A stretch of DNA of 64,000 nucleotides, taken from NCBI GenBank assembly GCA_964514055.1, contig CAZEPB010000002.1, positions 40,797 through 104,796 of the forward strand. The letters run 5' to 3'. Shown here piece after piece: positions 47,903 to 55,183 of this stretch; positions within the stretch are counted from its first letter, which is position 1, and each line of letters starts with the position of its first letter. This DNA comes from an uncultured Candidatus Bathyarchaeia archaeon. Its GTDB lineage: Archaea > Thermoproteota > Bathyarchaeia > Bathyarchaeales > Bathycorpusculaceae. The notes below the pieces were generated by a model. The model made no database searches. It saw only the letters and a program-made list of their open reading frames with translations, and was not told the origin of the DNA. The translations under genes and the position numbers were made by a program.

Positions 47903-48237
47903 TTTTCGATCCCTCCGTTTCTGTCAACCTCTTTTAAAAATTCTAAGCCTTTCGACGTTAGGCGATAGTAGTCACGGCTGTACAGCCTTCGGTTGCCAGT
48001 TGATATTACGATTAGACCTCTGCCCGACGTTGAACATGTTGGTAAAAGGACTTTTTCAACCAAACCTAACTCAATAAGCTCATCCAGAAAAATAGTCACA
48101 TCTTTAGCGTAAAGACGGTTTTTCATAGTGATTTTTGATTTTATCAATGGCTTCTGAAGAATTGACATGCAAATACGATAGGCTTTTTCAAAGCTTATCT
48201 TGACTTGAGAAAAATTAATCAGCTCTATTCGCGCCAA
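47899..48237 (-). CDS. winged-helix DNA-binding protein
   Basis: 112 aa. LYAKDVTIFLDELIELGLVEK ... YRLTSKGLEFLKE is a wHTH-like pattern. Confidence 0.5.
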   Translation of the reverse strand: MARIELINFSQVKISFEKAYRICMSILQKPLIKSKITMKNRLYAKDVTIFLDELIELGLVEKVLLPTCSTSGRGLIVISTGNRRLYSRDYYRLTSKGLEFLKEVDRNGGIEN

Positions 48238-48282
48238 CTTGTTTTGCCTCCCTATTTCGTTCTTTCGTGTAGATGCAATCCA

Positions 48283-48456
48283 TTAGGCAACACCAATTAT
48301 GACTGTGTCACTTTTAGTCCAGTAGAGGTTGCCCTTAGGAGTTCTGAAAACTTCAACGTCTTTTTTGTCTAACAGCTTTTGGAACTCAGCACTTGACATC
48401 TCAATGATGCAAATGTCTTCAGGGATTGAGATTTTATCAACATCTATGACCTGCAT
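48283..48456 (-). CDS. 57-aa hypothetical protein (not in ORF track)
   Basis: MQVIDVDKISIPEDICIIEMSSAEFQKLLDKKDVEVFRTPKGNLYWTKSDTVIIGVA. Its ATG overlaps the TAA of the upstream RHH ORF (TAATG). Confidence 0.4.
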   Translation of the reverse strand: MQVIDVDKISIPEDICIIEMSSAEFQKLLDKKDVEVFRTPKGNLYWTKSDTVIIGVA

Positions 48457-48626
48457 TACTCACATTCGCCGTCCTTCAGAAAGCCCATATCTTCAAGCCT
48501 ACGTCTAACAGCGTCGCGGATGAAGTCTGATTTATTCGCAAAGGTTGTTTCGGGAAGGGCATCAACCAACACTTTGTCAAGTTTCTTGGGAACTTGGATG
48601 CCCCAAACAGTTGTTAGTTGATCCAT
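48456..48626 (-). CDS. 56-aa ribbon-helix-helix (CopG-like) protein (not in ORF track)
   Basis: MDQLTTVWGIQVPKKLDKVLVDALPETTFANKSDFIRDAVRRRLEDMGFLKDGECE. The beta-strand and helix pattern with KSDFIRDAVRRRL is typical of RHH. A ggaggt lies 7 nt upstream. Confidence 0.55.
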   Translation of the reverse strand: MDQLTTVWGIQVPKKLDKVLVDALPETTFANKSDFIRDAVRRRLEDMGFLKDGECE

Positions 48627-48855
48627 AGGTTAAACCTCCGCTTAGTTCTACTACCTTAGCTATGGGAAGTTCTATAAAAGCTTTAGGGATTTTTTATAAT
48701 AAATCAAATAAAAGGATAAATAATATTGAAATTAATAATGATTTTGCGTTAAAAAAAACGCATCAATTCTAAATTGTAACCAAAACGCTTATTAGGCTAT
48801 TTTTTTACTATAAACGGCATTAAAGGATAACTAAAATTAAACTAAAGATGATAAC

Positions 48856-49110
48856 ATGCGTAGAAAAGTCAGTACACCTGAATACGAGGCAAAAGTACTA
48901 GAAGCACTAAGCAACGTAGAAAACCCAGTGACTGTTCAATTTATTGCAGACCAATGTGAGCTTGGCTGGGGCACCGCTCGCGCTGTTCTTTATGATTTAA
49001 CTCTCCAGGGTAGGATTAAGATGCAACAAACGACTAGTACACCTTTTTTTTGTTTAGAAAGAGGAGAAGAAGAAAAGAAGAGTGAAGAAAATGGAAACAA
49101 CCAAAAATGA
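48856..49110 (+). CDS. winged-helix DNA-binding protein
   Basis: 84 aa. VLEALSNVENPVTVQFIADQCELGWGTARAVLYDLTLQGRI is a wHTH pattern. Confidence 0.5.
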   Translation: MRRKVSTPEYEAKVLEALSNVENPVTVQFIADQCELGWGTARAVLYDLTLQGRIKMQQTTSTPFFCLERGEEEKKSEENGNNQK

Positions 49111-49303
49111 TACAATAACAGTTAAGGTTGTAGGTACTAGAACGGCTGTTGAACAATTTGTTAAATTGACAAACCTAATTTTTCCGTTGAATGTGAAATC
49201 AAAGCTTTTGGAAAATAGAAGTCCAGTTGATGGAAAAGTTCACATCTTCATAGACCTTAATCCCTTCGCTGTACCTGATAAAGTAGAACTTAACTGGAGG
49301 TAG
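49082..49303 (+). CDS. small hypothetical protein
   Basis: 73-aa ORF in operon position, overlapping the previous gene end. Confidence 0.35.
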   Translation: MKKMETTKNDTITVKVVGTRTAVEQFVKLTNLIFPLNVKSKLLENRSPVDGKVHIFIDLNPFAVPDKVELNWR

Positions 49304-49309
49304 AATAGA

Positions 49310-50773
49310 ATGATGGAAATTCCGTCAGGATTTTTAAAAGAAACATTTGATATGCTTTGTGAAAGATACCCAAGAATGAATAAAGACTATTTGTTTGCTA
49401 TTTCTGAAATAACATTAAGCTCTGCTTGTTGGAATGTTTATGTGCTAGATGAGTATGGAGCTTTAGCGCCTAACATCTGGGTTCAGATGATAGCACCCAG
49501 CGGTGACGGAAAGAGCCTGCCAATTGATTATTTTTTGATTCCAACTCTTGATGAACTTGAAAAGATGATTGAAACTGATGATAAAATTTTCAAGCTTTAC
49601 ATATCCGACTACACTAAGGAAGGAATACTTAGACATTTTTCTGGTAGAACAAAAAGGAAGGGAAAGAAAGGAAAGAAAACTAAACAGATGATTTACATTT
49701 ATGGGCTTCTCTGTAAAGACGAGGCTACAATGTTTATTGAGGCTGCTACTAAGAAGAATTATATGGCTGATATTGTGGCTGTTGAATCCAAGATGTATGA
49801 TGGCAAACTTTATCGAAAAATCACGGCTGGACGTGGGCTTGAGGAAGTGCCAAAATGTTTCAAGGCTAATATTGCTGCGACGACACCAGCTGTTTACACT
49901 TTAATGAAGATTGATGCTTTTATCCAAGGTGGTTGGAATAGATATGATATGATAGTTGGAAATCCACTTAGACCCGAAGAGGTTGAAAGATACACACCAG
50001 AGTTCTTTCTACCAGATAAAGAGGCATCAAAAGAATTTGGTGATATACCTTACCATTGGGCTGAAAAACTTTCGATATTAAATTCAGATAATAAAATACG
50101 TATAATGTTGGTTGATGAAATTGCTGATCTTTGGACTGCGTATGAACAAAAGTGTAAATTAGAAGCAATCAAACTTAAGGAGACGGATTTGAGACGTGGG
50201 TACTTGCAGAGGCAAGCGGAAAAGGCACTGAAGAGGGCTGCACTTTACGAAATAAGTTCAATAATTAATGATTTGAATAAGTTCCCTACATCAGATTATA
50301 TTGATAGATTAGAAGTTCATAGGGTTGAAAAAATTATTGCTGTACGGAAACAGAATATGGAAAAGGCTATTGCTAATCAAGAGACTTATTACCAATATTG
50401 GCTTAAGATGCTTGAGGAACGTGGGCAAGCTGCTTCGAGCAATGAGGTGAAAACTGATGCGAATGAAATTGAATACTTTGATAAACATATGGAAGCGCTA
50501 AGTAAGAAATACGGGATTTTTTCACATAAGTTGATTATTGAAGCCACTCAATGGAAAGACGGTGATAAACGCCTAACAACTAACATTGATACTGCTATTG
50601 AAAGAGGTAAATTACATAGGTTGGTTCCTGAACAAGCTAAATTAATGCTCATGAAAAAGAAATCAGATAAGGATTGGGGTTGGTTCCGCGACCAAGATAT
50701 CAGCACTAACTTCAGGAGACTGCCTTTGCTGTACTATTGGGGTAAAAGGATGAAGGAGGTTGATGATAATTAA
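49310..50773 (+). CDS. P-loop NTPase, candidate replication helicase/initiator of the integrated element
   Basis: 487 aa. Walker A-like IAPSGDGKSLP and Walker B-like IRIMLVDEIADLW. Confidence 0.55.
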   Translation: MMEIPSGFLKETFDMLCERYPRMNKDYLFAISEITLSSACWNVYVLDEYGALAPNIWVQMIAPSGDGKSLPIDYFLIPTLDELEKMIETDDKIFKLYISDYTKEGILRHFSGRTKRKGKKGKKTKQMIYIYGLLCKDEATMFIEAATKKNYMADIVAVESKMYDGKLYRKITAGRGLEEVPKCFKANIAATTPAVYTLMKIDAFIQGGWNRYDMIVGNPLRPEEVERYTPEFFLPDKEASKEFGDIPYHWAEKLSILNSDNKIRIMLVDEIADLWTAYEQKCKLEAIKLKETDLRRGYLQRQAEKALKRAALYEISSIINDLNKFPTSDYIDRLEVHRVEKIIAVRKQNMEKAIANQETYYQYWLKMLEERGQAASSNEVKTDANEIEYFDKHMEALSKKYGIFSHKLIIEATQWKDGDKRLTTNIDTAIERGKLHRLVPEQAKLMLMKKKSDKDWGWFRDQDISTNFRRLPLLYYWGKRMKEVDDN

Positions 50774-50774
50774 T

Positions 50775-50889
50775 ATTCTTAAATTTTTAATTCTTAAAAG
50801 GACTAATGGTATTAAGGATATAATTATATTATCAGTTATATTATATTCTTAATTAATTTAAGAATTAGGAAAATTAAGAAATTAAGAAT
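50775..50889. repeat. cluster of six ATTCTTAA/TTAAGAAT octamers including a 21-bp palindrome
   Basis: attcttaa occurs at 50775, 50790 and 50845. ttaagaat/ttaagaaa occurs at 50858, 50874 and 50882. The palindrome attcttaattaatttaagaat spans 50845-50865. Confidence 0.8.
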
Positions 50890-50904
50890 GTTGGGTGATA
50901 ATAA

Positions 50905-51441
50905 ATGGTCTGTGAATACGCCTTACAATGCCAAAGTTTCAATTCTAACAGCGATATTTGTGTGGAACGCCCAGGACGTTCAAGTGGCGAATGTAACGTC
51001 TATAATACACGGAAAGATATGGAATTGGCAGCAAGAGGGAGAGATTGTAAAGGAAGTGAATTGGTGAATTCAGGTATGTGTCTTATATGCGGAGGAAGGC
51101 TTGATGAAAATGGTTCCTGTTCATATTGTGATGAAATTAAGAAAACAAAAAGAAAACTTGGACACTACCAAATTGATGGTATGGAGTATTTGACAACAAC
51201 TGAAGGAAGAGAAATCTTAAGAGTAACAAAAGAACAGTTTGAAAAATTATTAGAAAAGGCAGAAGAAAGGCATATTGAAATACGTAGTTATGAACGTTTG
51301 AATCTACATAATAATAAGTATTTTAGGATATTTTGCTTTGAAGACTTGGAAAAACTGGAAAAGTTGAAAAAAGAGATTGAAAGTGAACAACAGTCACTTA
51401 GAAATTCATCCAACATTTTTGATGAAATATTCGGAGAATGA
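50905..51441 (+). CDS. zinc-ribbon / coiled-coil hypothetical protein
   Basis: 178 aa. CLICGG....CSYC zinc-ribbon-like pairs and a charged C-terminus. Confidence 0.45.
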   Translation: MVCEYALQCQSFNSNSDICVERPGRSSGECNVYNTRKDMELAARGRDCKGSELVNSGMCLICGGRLDENGSCSYCDEIKKTKRKLGHYQIDGMEYLTTTEGREILRVTKEQFEKLLEKAEERHIEIRSYERLNLHNNKYFRIFCFEDLEKLEKLKKEIESEQQSLRNSSNIFDEIFGE

Positions 51442-51446
51442 CTTGA

Positions 51447-51899
51447 TTGGGGTATCGCGTTAAATATGTATGCCCAAAACAAGTGCATCCCCTTTCTGGA
51501 CGAAAGGAAAAGCTGATTAGAATTGTACGGCAACAGTTGAAAATATTGCCCAAAAACCCTACTCTGCCGTACTGTAGATTTAAGCTGAGGGATTTAAGTT
51601 ATCACATGCTTGAAAACTACAACTGTTTCCATAAGGAAAACGGTGAAGTTTGTAGATTTTTGAATTGGTATTATATTCGGGGAGAGCCAACAGAAATAGC
51701 TTTGCGGAAGTTCATGGGGTGGGAAAACAAACCGCTCTGGCATTACGATTGGACTGAAAACCTTAAAGACGAGTACAGAATAAAAGCGAGGAAAGAAGCT
51801 ATCTTGGCTAATAGGCAAAGGGAACTTTGGTCTTTTTGGGTTAAGGAAGACCCATCGTTGAAATCACTGCTTGAACATGGAAAAAGTTGCAATACATAG
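51447..51899 (+). CDS. hypothetical protein
   Basis: 150-aa ORF with a non-ATG start, in operon position. Confidence 0.4.
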   Translation: MGYRVKYVCPKQVHPLSGRKEKLIRIVRQQLKILPKNPTLPYCRFKLRDLSYHMLENYNCFHKENGEVCRFLNWYYIRGEPTEIALRKFMGWENKPLWHYDWTENLKDEYRIKARKEAILANRQRELWSFWVKEDPSLKSLLEHGKSCNT

Positions 51900-51935
51900 T
51901 CTTTTAAACGACTTTGTTAATTTAGCTTCAGCGAG

Positions 51936-52265
51936 GTGAAACATTTGGTTGTAGTAACAAAGGAAATCAACAATGAAACACCAGATTTCTATTATCTCTT
52001 CGGTATATGTGCATTGCTGGATGATGGTGATTTAACAGGAGCAGAGCTATTGCATAGTGAACTTTGTCTTGACTCATACAGCGTTAATAGGTACATCAGG
52101 TTTCTAGCTAAGGTTGGTTTTGTGGAAATTAATGGCATAATGTTTTCACTAACTAATAGAGGCAAGCTATTCGTTGAAAAGATGGTGGCGCTGTACCGTT
52201 TCATGCTTTCAATGAATGACCGAGTTTTCCTATTCAATCCGATTTTCCTTTCTTTTTGGTTTTAA
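51936..52265 (+). CDS. winged-helix-like hypothetical protein
   Basis: 109 aa. YSVNRYIRFLAKVGFVEINGIMFSLTNRGKLF is a wHTH-like pattern. The 3' end overlaps the convergent TPR-HEPN gene by 32 nt. Confidence 0.45.
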   Translation: MKHLVVVTKEINNETPDFYYLFGICALLDDGDLTGAELLHSELCLDSYSVNRYIRFLAKVGFVEINGIMFSLTNRGKLFVEKMVALYRFMLSMNDRVFLFNPIFLSFWF

Positions 52266-53817
52266 CTTTTTTACGAGTGCTTTTCATTTTATCAGGAATA
52301 GCATGCACAGGAATTGGCAAAGTCGGCTTTAGCGTTTTAATATTTTTCTTTTTTTCTTCTAAATAAACGAAATGAAGTAGGTAAATTATGGAGTTTCTTA
52401 CAATTTTCGCCAAATCTAATGTTCGATTGATTAATGTCTCCTCGGTCATATTTTTATCATCTTCAAATTTTGGAACATTTTTCACATTGACAAATCTATG
52501 CGTAAGAGCATTGCGCGTGCCTTTCAGGTGCTTGTACATACCATAATCAAGGTCTCTATGAATATCAAACAAAGCATTAAGACTTAGGTTCTTGGTATAA
52601 GCTATTTTGTTTCGGATGATTTTTTGTTTATTTGTGTACCAGAGATTTGTGAAATTTATGTGCCTTTCAGGGATTCCAAGCCTCAAGTAATCGTTTATAA
52701 AGAACGCAATTTTATCGAGTATATCGTAGAACGTTTTGAAAGATGTTTTAACCAGTTGAATATAGATGTTATGAATGTTATAATCAAGTGTATTAATAAT
52801 CGTGACCCGTTTGTCCACAAAATCTAAGTTTGAGTTTTCATATCTGGAGAGGATAAGCAAGAACCTAGCTGTGATGTAGTCTTGCTTTATCTGATTCAAA
52901 TATGCAGATAAGGTAAGGTAGGATGTATCTCGGGCAGGTAAAATCATCGTTTTTATTGTCACCGTGTCACCTATTGTCGCATCACATTTTTGACAGAAAC
53001 TGCATACATTGAGATACAGTCCGTATTTCAAACAGAATTCTATTAAAAACCTTTCAATCTTCGATTTAGCTTTAATTTTATACCCTGGATATTTCGGAGA
53101 TTTTTGTAATGGAAGTTTTGTCGAAAATCTCTGCTCGATGTACTTTATGTAATTTGAAAAACTCGAGGTCGCTTCGCTATATGCTCCTAAATTCTGTGCA
53201 GATTTTAAAAGAGAATATGCCTCTAGGACGTATGTCCCTTGGTGCTCTCCGCAAAGGTCAGCATATGTCAAGAGAGAAATTCCTTTGTTCCCTATTGCCA
53301 TACCAAAATCTGGTTCTAAACTCAACGCTTTGTCGTAACATTCCAGAGCATCAACTACTCTGCCAAGATTATCATAGCAATTACCAAGATTCACAAAGAT
53401 TTGCGCCATCAGAATTTTGTCCGTAGATTTATATTCCAATGCTTTCATAAAATGAAATTTAGCTGAATCAAGACCACTCGCTTTAAAAAACGCAAGATTT
53501 AGATTCTTTCTCATTTCTAAGTTATGAATTCCTAAGTAGGCATTCGCAAGATTGTAGTGCACTGTCGAACGGTACTTAGCATGACTCGTTATCTTTTCAA
53601 AATCTTTCAGAAGTAGTTGTTTACCTTCTTCAATAATGTCTATGTTCTTGAGAGCGGTTCCGATGTCAATTAAGAGGGCACTTGCCATGTAAGAAACCAA
53701 GTAGTTAGGACCAAGATTTTTCATCTGATTGACTATACCCAATGCTTCGCCAAATCTGCTTTCATTTATTCTCTGTGAAGCACGGTCGCATAGATTTTGG
53801 AGCCGTTTTTTATCCAA
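52234..53817 (-). CDS. TPR-repeat protein with C-terminal HEPN domain (LA2681-like)
   Basis: 527 aa. The N-terminal half has TPR-like repeats (..NLGNCYDNLGRVVDALECYDKALSLEPDF..). The C-terminal half has GTRNALTHRF, which fits the HEPN R-x4-H motif. Confidence 0.6.
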   Translation of the reverse strand: MDKKRLQNLCDRASQRINESRFGEALGIVNQMKNLGPNYLVSYMASALLIDIGTALKNIDIIEEGKQLLLKDFEKITSHAKYRSTVHYNLANAYLGIHNLEMRKNLNLAFFKASGLDSAKFHFMKALEYKSTDKILMAQIFVNLGNCYDNLGRVVDALECYDKALSLEPDFGMAIGNKGISLLTYADLCGEHQGTYVLEAYSLLKSAQNLGAYSEATSSFSNYIKYIEQRFSTKLPLQKSPKYPGYKIKAKSKIERFLIEFCLKYGLYLNVCSFCQKCDATIGDTVTIKTMILPARDTSYLTLSAYLNQIKQDYITARFLLILSRYENSNLDFVDKRVTIINTLDYNIHNIYIQLVKTSFKTFYDILDKIAFFINDYLRLGIPERHINFTNLWYTNKQKIIRNKIAYTKNLSLNALFDIHRDLDYGMYKHLKGTRNALTHRFVNVKNVPKFEDDKNMTEETLINRTLDLAKIVRNSIIYLLHFVYLEEKKKNIKTLKPTLPIPVHAIPDKMKSTRKKVKTKKKGKSD

Positions 53818-53979
53818 ATTAGTTCCTCCAGCACCACTTACCCTTAGCCAAACTCACAGTATTTAAACGCTATTTGATAGACAGCGTATGAGATGTTTGA
53901 CACACCTTGTCTAAGGTGCCAGCTCTTTCACTCAAACTTCACTCTCCGCTGATCAGTCATGTCATTTCTTTGAAGCGGA

Positions 53980-54186
53980 TTATGGGATTTCACTTTGAGA
54001 ATTGATTTGTATTTCAATGCGAATAGGAGTGGCGTCAAATTTTCCTTGAAGCGTAACGGTATAGCCCGTGCCCAACTCAAAAATTGCCCTGTCAATGTGA
54101 GTTTTGAAAATCTTAGCTATCCGCTTTCTTTCGGATGAAATTGACTTCATATAAATCACTTCTGATGTGTAAGTATCCTGGAACAT
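53980..54186 (-). CDS. small hypothetical protein
   Basis: 68-aa ORF overlapping the upstream gene end by 31 nt, on the same strand as both neighbours. Confidence 0.35.
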   Translation of the reverse strand: MFQDTYTSEVIYMKSISSERKRIAKIFKTHIDRAIFELGTGYTVTLQGKFDATPIRIEIQINSQSEIP

Positions 54187-54947
54187 ATTCTCTGATAATC
54201 TCTGTAAGTTTCAAGTTGTTCATCACTGCTCCTCCTATCACCTTGAGGTTGAGGTAATGCAGAATGCGTTATTCCTGTTTTAGTGTTCAATAGTTGCAGT
54301 CGCCAAGCAAGCGTCTTCTCTACACCTATTCCGATGACAATTATGTGCTTTGGTTTATCTTCAAGAATCTGGTTTAGGATGTACGAGTCCCAACAAGTTT
54401 TAATTATATTGTCTTTAACGTCTCTGCTCATTTTCCATCCATAGCTCTTTTTATTTCCAGCAATGCCAATAATGCTTGCATCCATCAGCCAGATTCCTTT
54501 CCGCTGCATTTCTTTTAGGATGTTGACTTTGTTTAGTATCCGTCTATACGTGTTTGGCGTGCCTTTCTTGACTATTTTACTAAAACCTAAGTCATTGCAG
54601 CTGCTTGATATGCACGAACTGAATATTCTCCAAAACTGCCATGTTCCACTGTTATTTTTTGGTACTCTATCAAACAATGCTTTTTCTCCCGAACCTAAAC
54701 AGTAAACTGCCCTTACAAAGTGAGTGGGGTAGTTCGGAATGAGGTCTTTTTGATACCGAGTTATTTCAGAATTGAAGTCTTCTTCGTTTGTGGCTACATG
54801 CGATTCCCCGAGAAGGTATACACCTGGTTGTTTAGGTCTCCACCATTGCCTGTACTCTTCGACCTGTTTAACAACATCAAAAGAGTCTATTTGCTTACCT
54901 CTGGGGACATACACCTTAAGACGCTCGTATGTTGCCGCCAAGCTCAT
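54156..54947 (-). CDS. hypothetical protein, weakly uracil-DNA-glycosylase-fold-like
   Basis: 263 aa. VYLLGESHV, IWLMDASIIGI, HIIVIGIGV and ALPQPQG occur in the order of UDG-superfamily motifs (GExPG-like ... HPS-like). This is a weak by-eye resemblance only. Confidence 0.4.
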   Translation of the reverse strand: MSLAATYERLKVYVPRGKQIDSFDVVKQVEEYRQWWRPKQPGVYLLGESHVATNEEDFNSEITRYQKDLIPNYPTHFVRAVYCLGSGEKALFDRVPKNNSGTWQFWRIFSSCISSSCNDLGFSKIVKKGTPNTYRRILNKVNILKEMQRKGIWLMDASIIGIAGNKKSYGWKMSRDVKDNIIKTCWDSYILNQILEDKPKHIIVIGIGVEKTLAWRLQLLNTKTGITHSALPQPQGDRRSSDEQLETYRDYQRICSRILTHQK

Positions 54948-55183
54948 AATGAATCAACTGAACTATGATTTTTAAATGAGGCTTTTAGTTATTGTGCTCT
55001 TTTTAGGTCTAAAACAGCATTAAATTCTATTCAGAGTGCGTTTGAGCGTGAAGGATACCTCTTTTTTCTGGTGCAGGTGGAAAAAGGCGTATTTTAGGCG
55101 AAAATATGGCGTGCAGGGGAATAAGGAAGAATACCAAGAAAAGTCATGATTAGTTTCACTAATAAGTTTTAAAAGCGATTCTT

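Larger units (their letters stand above)
46485..52265. mobile_element. integrated small plasmid/virus-like module (integrase, RHH and wHTH regulators, P-loop replication-type protein)
   Basis: The leftward unit is RHH, small ORF, wHTH, 97-aa ORF and integrase. The rightward unit is wHTH, 73 aa, a 487-aa P-loop protein, a Zn-ribbon protein, 150 aa and wHTH. They diverge from an AT-rich region at 48627-48855. The ends are not defined. Confidence 0.5.
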
